A stretch of 64,000 nucleotides of DNA from the NCBI GenBank assembly GCA_001786575.1, contig MFRW01000004.1, positions 62,655 through 126,654 on the forward strand, given 5' to 3'. Positions within the stretch are counted from its first letter, which is position 1. Each line of letters opens with the position of its first letter. Under the pieces are notes generated by a model. It searched no databases. It was given only the letters and a program-made list of their open reading frames with translations, and was not told where the DNA came from. This stretch comes from Candidatus Moranbacteria bacterium RIFCSPHIGHO2_01_FULL_55_24 (GTDB lineage: Bacteria; Patescibacteriota; Minisyncoccia; Moranbacterales; UBA1568). Shown here one piece after another: positions 1 to 8,695 of this stretch. The position numbers and the translations under genes were made by a program.

Positions 1-473
1 CATCGCTCATCGGGGCCGGATGGGGAGCGTACCTTCTGTGGCAGAACCGCGCAAAGACTATCAATCAGCCTTCGATCGCTTCGGTGACCGTCGGGGAAGC
101 TATGGTGGAGACTGCGCCGAAGACCGAAGAGAAGCCGGCAGGCGAGGCGGCATCCGCTCCGGCAGCCAGTGGAGAGAGCGTGACCAAAGCCAAGGCAACC
201 CAGATGAGTGTCTTAAATGGCGGGGCTGCCAAAGGTACGGCTGGGACGGCAGGCGAGCTGTTGAAATCCGCAGGCTTCACCAAGATAACGGTCGGGAATA
301 CGCAGGCGGACTTCACCGGAACGACCGTCTACTACGCGGCTGGTTTGGAGAAAGAAGCGGCGGCTGTAGCCGACGCGCTCCGCAGCAAGTATCCGAATGT
401 CGCTCCGAAACCCGCAGAGGCGAGCAACAAAGAAACGAGCACGGCCTCTCTCACGGTAATCTTCGGAAAGTAG
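1..473 (+). CDS. LytR_C (LytR cell-envelope-associated C-terminal domain) protein, 5'-partial
   Basis: Frame 3 is open from the window start and runs in frame into the 84..473 ORF. It begins with a TM-like stretch (SLIGAGWGAYLLW) followed by the LytR_C signature (VTVGNTQADFTGTTVYYAAGLEKEAAAVADAL). Confidence 0.6.
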   Translation, partial: SLIGAGWGAYLLWQNRAKTINQPSIASVTVGEAMVETAPKTEEKPAGEAASAPAASGESVTKAKATQMSVLNGGAAKGTAGTAGELLKSAGFTKITVGNTQADFTGTTVYYAAGLEKEAAAVADALRSKYPNVAPKPAEASNKETSTASLTVIFGK

Positions 474-563
474 GGGTAATCCCTAGAGCCCGAGCTTCGC
501 ATCTCCCCATTTCGGGGAGATTTGCTTTATTTACGGCTTTGGCGCTACCCTAAAGGAAGAACT

Positions 564-2366
564 ATGCTAAACGGCCAGAATACAACCGAAGAGATCAAGG
601 CGCGGCTCAATATAGTGGATGTCGTGGGCTCGTATGTGCGCCTGGAGAAGGCCGGCGCTCACTACAAGGCCAATTGTCCGTTCCATCAGGAGCGGACTCC
701 GTCGTTCATGGTGAACGAGGAACGCAACATGTGGCACTGCTTCGGCTGCGGCAAGGGCGGCGACATCTTCGCGTTCGTCATGGAGATCGAGGGACTGGAA
801 TTCCGCGAAGCGCTCCAGATGCTCGCTGAACGGGCCGGCGTGGAACTTCCGAAGTATTCGCGCGAGTCCGAGGGCACTCGCGACAGCAAGGATCGCCTGT
901 ATGAACTGCTGGCCCTTGCGACCAAATTCTACGAACACCAGCTCTGGGAAGGCGGAGGAAAGACCAAGGTCCTCGGCTACTTGAAGGGCCGCGGCCTCTC
1001 GGAAGAAAGCATCCGCAAATTCCGCCTCGGCTATGCGCCGGACGGCTGGCAGCACCTGTCGGAATTCCTCATGAAAAAAGGCTACGCTGCCAAAGAGCTG
1101 GAAGCGGCCGGCCTCGCCCTGAAAAAAGAGAAGGGGAGCGGACATTACGACCGTTTCCGCGACCGGATCATGTTCCCGATTTTCGATATCCTGGGACGTC
1201 CGATCGGGTTTTCGGCTCGCGTCGCGCCTGGCGGCGATGAATCCCAGGCGAAATATATCAACACTCCCGAAACGGCGCTCTACCACAAGAGCCGCGCCTT
1301 GTACGGGCTTTCCCATGCCAAGCAAGCTATGAAGCAGGCGGGCTACACGGTCATCGTCGAGGGGAATATGGACGTGATCGCCATGCATCAGGCGGGGATT
1401 GAGAATACCGTCGCGGTATCCGGGACAGCGCTGACCGACGAGCAACTCACCATCATGAAGCGCTACGGGAATGAGGTGAGGCTCTTCTTCGACATGGACG
1501 GGGCCGGCCAGAAAGCGGCTCGGAAGAGCGCGGAACTGGCGCTTCAGAAAGAGCTCGCCGTATCCCTCATCGCGCTCGAGTCCGGCAAGGATGCTGCAGA
1601 CATAGGGAAGGACGACCCAGAGAAACTGAAAGCCGCAGTGGCTGCTCCATTGCCCGCGCCCAAGTATTTCTTGCAGTCTCTTCTGGCTGCTCACGACCAG
1701 GCGACACCGGAGGGCAAGCGGGCGATTACCGACGACTTCAGTGAACTGCTCATCGCCATCAAGAATCCGATCGAGCGCGCCTTCTGGATCAAAGAGCTTT
1801 CCCGGGAAATCGGTGTCGAGGAAAAACTGCTCATCGGTATGGTGAACCAGTCGTTCCTCGAAAGGACGCGCCGCGACGGACCGGAGCCGGGGAGCTACAC
1901 GAAGCCTTCGCAGGCGCTGCCGGCCTTCGGCAGTCGCGCCGAACGTTTGCGCGAGGAACTGGTGGCCCTCATGTGCACCGATAACGCGGTGCGGAACGGA
2001 CTGCTCTCCAAAGTTTCTCCGGATGCCAAAGTTTTCCTTGAGAAGCACCCGCTCTTCTTCTTTGTCCTCCAGGCCGGCCAGGCTGACGTGCTCTCGCTCA
2101 TCGAGGACCAGAGTCTCAAAAGCGAAGCCTCACGCCTGGTATTCCGCCTTGAGGAAAGCCCGGATCTCATCGGTCTTTCCGGAGCGGAGCGCCAGGCCAA
2201 GATGGAAGAAATGGGCCAGGGATACCTGGATGACCTGGAGCGTGAAGTGACCAAGTACGAAAGACTGCGCGTTCTGGAGCAGGAACTCACTCTCGCCCGC
2301 ACCCATGGAGACAAAGAGAAGGAAATGACGCTCCTTGCCGAATTTGCCAAGCTTTCCGCAAAATAG
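564..2366 (+). CDS. dnaG: DNA primase DnaG
   Basis: CHC2 zinc finger (CPFHQERTPSFMVNEERNMWHCFGCGKGGD), Toprim region (TVIVEGNMDVIAMHQAG, FFDMDGAGQKAA). RBS AAGGAAG lies 5 nt upstream of the ATG at 564; the six-frame ORF 522.. only adds a leader. Confidence 0.9.
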   Translation: MLNGQNTTEEIKARLNIVDVVGSYVRLEKAGAHYKANCPFHQERTPSFMVNEERNMWHCFGCGKGGDIFAFVMEIEGLEFREALQMLAERAGVELPKYSRESEGTRDSKDRLYELLALATKFYEHQLWEGGGKTKVLGYLKGRGLSEESIRKFRLGYAPDGWQHLSEFLMKKGYAAKELEAAGLALKKEKGSGHYDRFRDRIMFPIFDILGRPIGFSARVAPGGDESQAKYINTPETALYHKSRALYGLSHAKQAMKQAGYTVIVEGNMDVIAMHQAGIENTVAVSGTALTDEQLTIMKRYGNEVRLFFDMDGAGQKAARKSAELALQKELAVSLIALESGKDAADIGKDDPEKLKAAVAAPLPAPKYFLQSLLAAHDQATPEGKRAITDDFSELLIAIKNPIERAFWIKELSREIGVEEKLLIGMVNQSFLERTRRDGPEPGSYTKPSQALPAFGSRAERLREELVALMCTDNAVRNGLLSKVSPDAKVFLEKHPLFFFVLQAGQADVLSLIEDQSLKSEASRLVFRLEESPDLIGLSGAERQAKMEEMGQGYLDDLEREVTKYERLRVLEQELTLARTHGDKEKEMTLLAEFAKLSAK

Positions 2367-2367
2367 C

Positions 2368-2396
2368 TTCCCAGACGAGAAAAAAGCTGGTATGAT
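2368..2396 (+). promoter_or_regulatory. candidate sigma-70 promoter for rpoD (TTCCCA-17nt-TATGAT)
   Basis: Hexamers with a 17-nt spacer, ~70 nt upstream of the rpoD start. Confidence 0.3.
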
Positions 2397-2465
2397 GCAG
2401 TATTCCCTCTTGTATTTTCAGAAGCGTTCCGCTTCGCCCTCTCTCATTTGTTATTTCTAACCAGT

Positions 2466-3857
2466 ATGGCAAAAAAGACCAAGAAACAAGCCAAAAAACC
2501 TGCCAAGCCAGCCAAGAAAAAGAAGGCTGCTGCCAAGCCGAAACCCGCCAAGAAGAAGGCGGTAAAGAAAGCTGCTCCGAAAAAGGGGAGCAAGAGAACC
2601 GCTCCGAAAAAGAAGGCGGTAAAGAAGCCTGCGAAAAAAGCCGCACCGAAAAAAACCAAGAAGCCGAAGAAGGCTCCGAAGAAAGCCGCCCCGAAAAAGA
2701 AGCTTACGAAAAAAGCGGCTCAAAAAAAAGAACTCCTCCAGAAACAGAAGCAGGACGCCTTCGCAGAGCTGATCGCTCGCGGGAAGCAGCGTGGCTTCGT
2801 GACGGAAGACGAGATCATCCACATCCTGCCGGACGTCGAGACGGATCTCGAACACCTCGAAAGCCTCTATGAGAAACTCGAGACTTCCGGTATCCGCGTC
2901 GTCGGGTCCGACGAGATGCTCAAAGTAGAGACGGACAAAGTCGGCGAGTCCTTCGGGAAAGCCAGCAAGAAAGGAAAGGCTGCCGCCAAGAAAGAGAAGA
3001 AAGCCGAGTGGGGCGAAGAGAGCGACAGTACCTCGGATCTCGTGCAGATGTATCTCAAGGAAATCGGCCGCGTGGCGCTCCTTTCCGGCGAAGAAGAAGT
3101 GCGTCTCGCCAAGCTGATAGAAAAGGGCGACCTGAATGCCAAACAGCGCCTGACCGAGGCGAACCTGCGCTTGGTGGTTTCGATCGCCAAGAAATACGTC
3201 GGCCGTTCGCACAATCTCTCGCTGCTCGACCTCATCCAGGAAGGGAACATCGGCCTCTTCCGCGCTGTAGAAAAATTTGATTACCGCAAGGGATTCAAAT
3301 TCTCGACCTACGCCACCTGGTGGATTCGCCAGGCAATCACGCGTGCCCTGGCAGACCAGTCCCGTACTATCCGCATCCCGGTCCACATGGTGGAAACCAT
3401 CAACAAGTATGCCCAGGTGACGCGCCGTTTGGTGCAGGAGCTCGGCCGTGAACCTCTCGCCGAAGAGATCGCTGCAGAAATGAACATGGAAGTCGACAAG
3501 ATCCGCCATATCCAGAAGATCTCGCAGGAAACCGTCTCGCTCGAGACGAGCGTCGGTGACAACGAGGATGACAGCGTGCTCGGAGACTTCATCGAAGACA
3601 CCGAGACCGTCATGCCAAACCAGGCCGCTTCGCGCAAGCTCCTGAAGTCGCACATCACCGATATCCTAAGCGAGCTCACGCCGCGCGAGCAGAAGATCCT
3701 GCGCATCCGCTTCGGCCTTGAGGACGGCGTGACCCACACGCTCGAAGAAGTGGGCCAGGAATTCGGCGTCACTCGCGAGCGTATCCGCCAGATCGAGGCC
3801 AAGGCGCTCGAGAAGATTCGCGAACACGAGCACCTGAAGAAGCTCAAAGACTACTAA
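2466..3857 (+). CDS. rpoD: RNA polymerase primary sigma factor (sigma-70 family) with a Lys/Ala/Pro-rich N-terminal tail
   Basis: Region 1.2/2 ([16 protein letters not shown]..., [55 protein letters not shown]), region 3, region 4 HTH ([24 protein letters not shown]). The N-terminal ~100 aa are AKKPAKK-type repeats. Confidence 0.9.
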   Translation: MAKKTKKQAKKPAKPAKKKKAAAKPKPAKKKAVKKAAPKKGSKRTAPKKKAVKKPAKKAAPKKTKKPKKAPKKAAPKKKLTKKAAQKKELLQKQKQDAFAELIARGKQRGFVTEDEIIHILPDVETDLEHLESLYEKLETSGIRVVGSDEMLKVETDKVGESFGKASKKGKAAAKKEKKAEWGEESDSTSDLVQMYLKEIGRVALLSGEEEVRLAKLIEKGDLNAKQRLTEANLRLVVSIAKKYVGRSHNLSLLDLIQEGNIGLFRAVEKFDYRKGFKFSTYATWWIRQAITRALADQSRTIRIPVHMVETINKYAQVTRRLVQELGREPLAEEIAAEMNMEVDKIRHIQKISQETVSLETSVGDNEDDSVLGDFIEDTETVMPNQAASRKLLKSHITDILSELTPREQKILRIRFGLEDGVTHTLEEVGQEFGVTRERIRQIEAKALEKIREHEHLKKLKDY

Positions 3858-3860
3858 AAA

Positions 3861-3888
3861 CAAGCCCTGGATCCATCCAGGGCTTTCT
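3861..3888 (+). terminator. rho-independent terminator after rpoD
   Basis: Hairpin AAGCCCTGGATCCATCCAGGGCTT followed by TTTCTCTT. Confidence 0.5.
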
Positions 3889-3889
3889 C

Positions 3890-3918
3890 TTGCCAAAACA
3901 GGAGAGCTCGGCTATAAT
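3890..3918 (+). promoter_or_regulatory. sigma-70-like promoter for tRNA-Asn (TTGCCA-17nt-TATAAT)
   Basis: Near-consensus hexamers with a 17-nt spacer, ~80 nt upstream of the tRNA. Confidence 0.45.
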
Positions 3919-3996
3919 CTATTTGTTTTACTTTTCGGTAAGACATCGAAAATTGAATACTCCGTCCGCCAGCTGGCGGATCGGTGGTAGAAATAC

Positions 3997-4068
3997 TCCG
4001 GCGTAGCTCAGTGGTAGAGCAGGTGGCTGTTAACCACTTGGTCGTAGGTTCGAATCCTACCGCCGGAG
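3997..4068 (+). tRNA. tRNA-Asn (anticodon GTT)
   Basis: Hand-folded cloverleaf: acceptor TCCGGCG/CGCCGGA, D-arm GCTC-AGTGGTA-GAGC, anticodon stem GGTGG/CCACT with loop CTGTTAA (anticodon GUU), T-arm GTAGG-TTCGAAT-CCTAC, discriminator G. CCA is not encoded. Confidence 0.85.
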
Positions 4069-4128
4069 CATATGCAAAAAGAGCGTCCAATTGGGCGCTT
4101 TTTTGTATGTATTTCAGGGCGGTAGGAT
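4067..4128 (+). repeat. direct repeat copy A (tRNA-Asn 3' end + terminator hairpin + ~30 nt); att-like
   Basis: ~85% identical to 7171..7233. It shares agcatatgcaaaaag...gggcgc...tttttg.atgtatttcagggcggtaggat. Confidence 0.7.
4076..4106 (+). terminator. rho-independent terminator after tRNA-Asn
   Basis: AAAAAGAGCGTCCAATTGGGCGCTTTTTTG: GC stem followed by a T-run. Confidence 0.5.
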
Positions 4129-4235
4129 GAGAACGGGAAGGGGTCGGGAAACAGGAGTTTCCCGTTTGGGGTGACCCAGACTCGTCTGGGGCTAGAGGGC
4201 GGAAGCCCTATAGAACGCAGCGAAGCGAGTAGTGA

Positions 4236-4256
4236 GATTCCTACCGCCGGAGCATA
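4236..4256 (+). repeat. third partial copy of the tRNA-Asn 3' end (gattcctaccgccggagcata)
   Basis: 20/21 nt identical to tRNA positions 4052..4072. It is followed by its own hairpin ACACATCTGTTAAGGTGTGTTTTTT. Confidence 0.6.
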
Positions 4257-4534
4257 GAAACACATCTGTTAAGGTGTGTTTTTTCTTTGAGAGGACTATA
4301 TAATGGAGAAAGATTCAGAAAAAGGTACCTGACCCCTTTTTTGTCCACTTTTGTGTGATAATGACCAGAACCGAACTGATTAGTATATGTTGATGCTTTT
4401 TCTTTTTCGTAGTCTAAAGCATATATTGTTTGCCAACCTGATTTTTCGAGACCCATCGTTACTAGTCCAATGCCCGCAAAGAAATCTGCGACCGTAGGGT
4501 TATTGAACTTTGTGGATTTTTTCTTCATAACCAT
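4241..4534 (-). pseudogene. truncated DNA (cytosine-5) methyltransferase N-terminal fragment
   Basis: DFFAGIGLVTMGLEKSGWQTIYALDYEKEKASTYTNQFG aligns with C5-MTase motif I and flanking region (compare M.HhaI DLFAGLGGFRLALESCGAECVYSNEWDKYAQEVYEMNFG). The sequence then diverges and terminates after ~100 aa with no catalytic PC motif. Confidence 0.55.
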
Positions 4535-4550
4535 GCTCAAGAACAAGAAT

Positions 4551-5063
4551 TTATATCAATTCTATTAAACGTAAGTTCGACAGTCTGTATTTCATTGCAT
4601 CCTGACTGACTTGGTACTTCTTAGCCAGGTCTATTAAATGGTCTTGTGAGAAGCTTTCTTTCGAGATTTTTTCAAAATCTAGAGTTAATAGTTTTTTTGG
4701 CATTAGAATGTTAGCTGCAAAGAAATCAGCTCTTTTCTCTTCTTTTGGCTTATCCAGTAGCCTTGTGCTTGTTCTATAATCAATGGAAACTTTATTCTTT
4801 TTATCAAAAAGAAAGTGAGCGATTTCATGAGCTACTGTAAAACGCATTCTCGTTTTTGGCTCACTACTATTAATTCCCATAAGTGCTTGCCCATCTTCTC
4901 TTCGGATGAGCATCCCGGAGTACTCTTCGCTAGGGGCGTAGCTTATTTTAATCCCGAGTTTGTCAGCGATACTTTCAATATCAACCGGCACTTCGTGAAT
5001 GTTGGATTCGAGAAGAATCTTATTTGCCCTTAATTCAACTATTTTAATATCCCTACTGTTCAT
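4551..5063 (-). CDS. ImmA/IrrE-family metallopeptidase (DUF955)
   Basis: HEXXH motif (VAHEIAHFLF). The 4-nt start/stop overlap with the upstream XRE regulator is the classic ImmR/ImmA arrangement. Confidence 0.8.
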   Translation of the reverse strand: MNSRDIKIVELRANKILLESNIHEVPVDIESIADKLGIKISYAPSEEYSGMLIRREDGQALMGINSSEPKTRMRFTVAHEIAHFLFDKKNKVSIDYRTSTRLLDKPKEEKRADFFAANILMPKKLLTLDFEKISKESFSQDHLIDLAKKYQVSQDAMKYRLSNLRLIELI

Positions 5064-5464
5064 ACGTGTGTTCCATTAGTGGGTTTTCCGAACAAGTCGC
5101 CTAGCCATTTAACGGCCTTCTTGTCGACTTTTTTTACTTCCTCTACATCTCTTTCGGTGATTTGGAAGCCATCGGGGGTAGGGGGGAAGAGTTCTTGGAT
5201 GTTACATCCTAGCCGGCATGCCATTTCCCAGAGGAGCACTGCATTGATATTTCTTTTCCCATTCTCGATCTGGGTAAGAGTTACTCGGCTGATTCCTAGT
5301 TTCTCAGCTACAGCACGAGCGGAAAGTGCACCACGGGATCGCCTCCTCATTGATTTGATTCTTTGCCCAATGTCTTGACGGATCTCCTCTTGAGTTTTTC
5401 TCTTATCGGGTTTGGAACTTTCCTTTTTCATTATAGCTGATTTAAGAGGGGAGTGTTTGTGCAT
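5060..5464 (-). CDS. XRE-family helix-turn-helix transcriptional regulator
   Basis: HTH_3-like segment (RAVAEKLGISRVTLTQIENGKRNINAVLLWEMACRLGCNIQELF). Translationally coupled to ImmA. Confidence 0.8.
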   Translation of the reverse strand: MHKHSPLKSAIMKKESSKPDKRKTQEEIRQDIGQRIKSMRRRSRGALSARAVAEKLGISRVTLTQIENGKRNINAVLLWEMACRLGCNIQELFPPTPDGFQITERDVEEVKKVDKKAVKWLGDLFGKPTNGTHV

Positions 5465-5489
5465 AACGGGTTCTTTTTCCGAACAATAT

Positions 5490-5504
5490 GTTACTATATG
5501 TAAC
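5490..5504. promoter_or_regulatory. perfect palindrome GTTACTATATGTAAC in divergent promoter region (candidate XRE operator)
   Basis: 5-nt arms around TATAT, in the 124-bp gap between the XRE/ImmA and DUF2188 genes. A second palindrome TTACATTGTAA lies at 5528..5538. Confidence 0.4.
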
Positions 5505-5588
5505 TTTTAGTTCAGAAAAAAGAGTATTTACATTGTAACACCATGATGATAGCCTTGCAATATCTCCATAATCTTTTAACACACAATT

Positions 5589-5816
5589 ATGGCACAGCAG
5601 CATGTAGTTAAGCGACCTGATGGTTGGGCAGTCCGGGGCGCGGGAAATAGTCGGGACACTGTTCGGACCAATACTCAGCGAGAGGCTATCTCTGTCGCTC
5701 GAACAATCGCTCAGAAGCAGAAGACGGAAGTGGTAATCCACGATACTCATGGAAAGATTCGGGACAAAGATTCCTACGGGAACGATCCGCATCCCCCAGT
5801 AGATAAGAGACATTAA
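5589..5816 (+). CDS. DUF2188 family protein
   Basis: Pattern GWAV...HDTHGKIRDKDSYGNDP is typical of DUF2188 (YjzC-like). Confidence 0.65.
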   Translation: MAQQHVVKRPDGWAVRGAGNSRDTVRTNTQREAISVARTIAQKQKTEVVIHDTHGKIRDKDSYGNDPHPPVDKRH

Positions 5817-5835
5817 AAGGGAATCTTTCTTCTGT

Positions 5836-7047
5836 ATGAACATACTAAGTAAATCAGTCAAATCCTTGAATTTTTCGGACGTCGTTTCTTTTTGCGAGGA
5901 AGGGGTACCTGAGGGTATTCAGATAGACTACAAAAAAGAGTTTCCGCAAAAAGGCTTCGCTAAGCATTTCGCTTCATTTTCCAATACGCGCGGAGGGGTC
6001 ATTATCATTGGAGTTGAAGAAGATAGGAAATCTGGCTCCCCGTCTGTTTGGGAGGGCGTCAATAGGGATGCAAAGCAGATTGAGAAAATTCACCAAGAGG
6101 CTGGGAACGTGGAACCCATACCTTCCTATGAAGTGCATGTTACTGATGAGGTTGAGGGGAAGTGTTTTGTGCTAATTCGGATATATGAAGGAGATAAAAC
6201 TCCTTACCGACCACAGAATGACTCTAATGTTTGGGTTAGAACGGGAAATGTGAGTAACCCCATAGACATTGCTTCTCCTGACGGATTGGAACTTCTCTTT
6301 GGTAAAAAAGAAAAAGCCGAAAAAGCAAGGGAGCTGTATTTAGAGCGAGCAGAAGAAGTATTTACAGCAGGCTTAGAGCGAGAAAGGAAAAAAGAGGGGA
6401 GAGAGGAAGTTGGTTCAAACGCCATTGTTTGCCGTATCGCTATCCAGCCCTATTTTCCCCAGAAGGCTTTGGGAAATCCTCAAGAAATAAAGGCGGCCCT
6501 TGATGGAATGCGTTTTCGTACAAGATATGTGAGCTTTCCGAACCTGAATATGGAGGCCATCCCGGAAGGCTTATTCAGTTTTGTTAGCGGTGGGGGTGGC
6601 TATTTTCAGTCGGAACAAATTTACTCACAAGGGTTGATCTTCGAGCATTTTGACGCGCTCAGTGTTCAGAGTGATGGTAGGAGAGTTGTCCCTCTATGGC
6701 GGGTAATCGGACAGTTTTTGGCAATAACGCAATTCGCAAAGGCATTCTATGTAAAATTTGGCTATCAAGGAAATCTAGAGGGATTTATCTCTCTTGAGGG
6801 TATGGAAGATGTCTTTGTCGCCAAGTTGAAACCATCAAACCGCATGTTTTTTGATGATGACAACAAGAGCTTTATCAAAGATTACCGCTGGAAGATTGAT
6901 ATGGATACTGACACTTTGCAGTCCCCAGAAAGGCTCAAAGCCTATATCTTCGGTCTTATCCGAGAGATTTACTGGCATTTTGGGTACGAAGAAATTACGG
7001 ATCCTGTAATGGAAGACTATCTTAAAGAGGCTGGCCTTTCGCTCTAA
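5836..7047 (+). CDS. AlbA_2 (Schlafen-like) domain protein, putative DNA-binding/transcription regulator with unknown C-terminal domain
   Basis: N-terminal FCEEGVPEGIQIDYKKEF...FAKHFASFSNTRGGVIIIGVEED matches the AlbA_2 'putative DNA-binding domain' signature (E..IEFK ... AFAN..GG.L..GV.D). Confidence 0.6.
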   Translation: MNILSKSVKSLNFSDVVSFCEEGVPEGIQIDYKKEFPQKGFAKHFASFSNTRGGVIIIGVEEDRKSGSPSVWEGVNRDAKQIEKIHQEAGNVEPIPSYEVHVTDEVEGKCFVLIRIYEGDKTPYRPQNDSNVWVRTGNVSNPIDIASPDGLELLFGKKEKAEKARELYLERAEEVFTAGLERERKKEGREEVGSNAIVCRIAIQPYFPQKALGNPQEIKAALDGMRFRTRYVSFPNLNMEAIPEGLFSFVSGGGGYFQSEQIYSQGLIFEHFDALSVQSDGRRVVPLWRVIGQFLAITQFAKAFYVKFGYQGNLEGFISLEGMEDVFVAKLKPSNRMFFDDDNKSFIKDYRWKIDMDTDTLQSPERLKAYIFGLIREIYWHFGYEEITDPVMEDYLKEAGLSL

Positions 7048-7170
7048 GAAGAATTCTGAATAAATTAAGCAATTTGACCCTTGAGCAAAGACACCGTTTG
7101 TTCAAAGCAATAATCAGTATTAGGGTAACATTTACTTAACTCTAGTGTTCCGAAATCATCCCACTTCGTG

Positions 7171-7233
7171 AGCATATGCAAAAAGCGCGTCCTTAAGGGC
7201 GCGCTTTTTGCATGTATTTCAGGGCGGTAGGAT
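7171..7233 (+). repeat. direct repeat copy B (att-like, tRNA-Asn 3' end + hairpin)
   Basis: Matches 4067..4128. The hairpin is kept by compensatory changes (GCGCGTCCTTAAGGGCGCGC versus AGCGTCCAATTGGGCGCT). Confidence 0.7.
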
Positions 7234-7381
7234 TTGAACATAGGAAGACTGTCGGCAAGGCATGGGGCAAGAAATAAGAGCTTTCCATAAAAGGAGAGCA
7301 GCGAGTAAAGAATGATTTGACAAAGGGGAGTATACTTTAATAGGTAGATGTTAGGGGCATAATTATTGCCGAGACATATCT

Positions 7382-7945
7382 ATGAGGAAATTTGTAGCAA
7401 GAATATTTTTAGGGATCCTCGGACTGGCTGCGCTTTGGAGCGTGCCTTTCCATAGTGTTGAGGCGGCCTTGAAACCTGGGACAATGAAAGATTACAGGAT
7501 CGTGGTTCCTGGGGTGCTGTCCCGTTCCTCTGTGCCTAGCGGAAAGCAACTGCTTGGCCTTAAGGAGAAAGGATGGAAAAGCGTTATTACACTCGTTTCT
7601 TCCGGGGAGTTGGCAGCCTATAAAAAGATTGACCCAACACTCACGGAAGAGTTTAAGCGATCCGGATTGAAGAAGTTTTCCGTTATTATTCCAGAATCAC
7701 AACCGCCGACCGAAGCACAGGCTCTCCAATTTCTCGCTATCGTGAAAAATCCAAAAAATCAACCAGTACATATATATTGTCGTAAAGGGCATGCGCGAAC
7801 CGGGACGATGATCGCGCTGTATCGTTATTCGGTCCAGAAATGGACTATGAAAAAGGCAATCAGGGAAGCGGAGCGTTATGGTAGTGGGATAGGAAAGAAA
7901 CAAAGAGCTTGGCTCACGGAATGGGCACGGACGCATCCCAACTAG
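7382..7945 (+). CDS. secreted protein-tyrosine/dual-specificity phosphatase-like protein
   Basis: N-terminal signal peptide. CX5R P-loop HIYCRKGHARTG. Confidence 0.7.
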   Translation: MRKFVARIFLGILGLAALWSVPFHSVEAALKPGTMKDYRIVVPGVLSRSSVPSGKQLLGLKEKGWKSVITLVSSGELAAYKKIDPTLTEEFKRSGLKKFSVIIPESQPPTEAQALQFLAIVKNPKNQPVHIYCRKGHARTGTMIALYRYSVQKWTMKKAIREAERYGSGIGKKQRAWLTEWARTHPN

Positions 7946-8007
7946 TCACAGCTCAATCGTTTCCGCCCTGCGCGCTCGAACCTCGTCCGATAGGTGGAAC
8001 AAGATTC

Positions 8008-8036
8008 AGAAAGAGGCTTACATAAGCCTCTTTTTT
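8008..8036 (+). terminator. rho-independent terminator
   Basis: AGAGGCTTACATAAGCCTCT followed by TTTTTTT. Confidence 0.45.
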
Positions 8037-8122
8037 TATGTATCGCTTGACTTCCGTACGGCGAGTTGTATAGTGAATTGTTCATTGAAAACTTAATCAA
8101 ATCTTTAGCAGGGAGGGGTACC

Positions 8123-8683
8123 ATGAATGCTTTCGAAGAAGAGGAAGAGGCTTCGGCTCTCCTTCCTCCTAAAGCTGCAACGTGTCTGTGCCCCTCTCTT
8201 CTCCAGTATTCTTCGGAGACGTTAGGGGTGAGTTGTCAAAAAATCTTTGAGCGCGCGTACAAGCGTTCAGGCCAAGATGATTCTTATGGCCGAGCCATGT
8301 TCGTGCGTTTTTGTAACGCCCGACAGGAAGAGAGAGAAGACCTTATTCCCAGTGCGATTCGCGAGTATTGCGAACGTGCAGAGAAGATGTCTCTGGGGCG
8401 GAAGCCTCGAAGAAAAGGTTTCTGCGTCGGATGTCGTATGAACCCGAAAGCCTGGGGCGGTGTTGTCTTTTGCTACGCTCTGATGTACCCGGAAGTAACA
8501 GATGCACTGCTTCAGGCAGAAGCCAGAGGCAAGCATCTGAACGGAAATGGCAAGCAAGCACCAGAGCCAGAGCTTTCGGAAGTCGATAAGCTCTTGTTGG
8601 ATCTGGAAGATTCTGGCGCGCTCGACGACTTTGAGGATGACAGCTGGGATCGTAATATGCACGATGACAGTTTTGGAACATAA
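8123..8683 (+). CDS. hypothetical Cys-rich acidic protein
   Basis: RBS GGAGGGG upstream of ATG 8123. Has an Asp/Glu-rich C-terminus and no recognisable domain. Confidence 0.45.
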   Translation: MNAFEEEEEASALLPPKAATCLCPSLLQYSSETLGVSCQKIFERAYKRSGQDDSYGRAMFVRFCNARQEEREDLIPSAIREYCERAEKMSLGRKPRRKGFCVGCRMNPKAWGGVVFCYALMYPEVTDALLQAEARGKHLNGNGKQAPEPELSEVDKLLLDLEDSGALDDFEDDSWDRNMHDDSFGT

Positions 8684-8695
8684 GGGAGGAATGAT

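Larger units (their letters stand above)
4069..7233 (+). mobile_element. degraded tRNA-Asn-associated integrative island (no integrase retained)
   Basis: Bounded by att-like direct repeats derived from the tRNA 3' end. The interior is visibly AT-rich compared with the GC-rich flanks. Cargo is an XRE/ImmA module, a truncated C5-MTase, DUF2188 and an AlbA_2 protein. Confidence 0.5.

Noticed and set aside
567-2048. 493-aa minus-strand ORF antisense to dnaG
   Set aside because: Arg/Leu-rich low-complexity translation typical of the antisense strand of a GC-rich gene. dnaG on the plus strand has clear conserved motifs.
2500-2720. Short tandem nucleotide repeats in the rpoD 5' region, considered as a possible CRISPR/minisatellite
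   Set aside because: They encode the Lys/Ala-rich tail in frame. There is no spacer-repeat regularity. No CRISPR array is present anywhere in the window.
2457-3653. 398-aa minus-strand ORF antisense to rpoD (and the Phe-rich 2444..2659 ORF)
   Set aside because: Shadow ORFs. The antisense of the AAG/AAA-rich repeat gives poly-Phe/Leu. rpoD homology is unambiguous.
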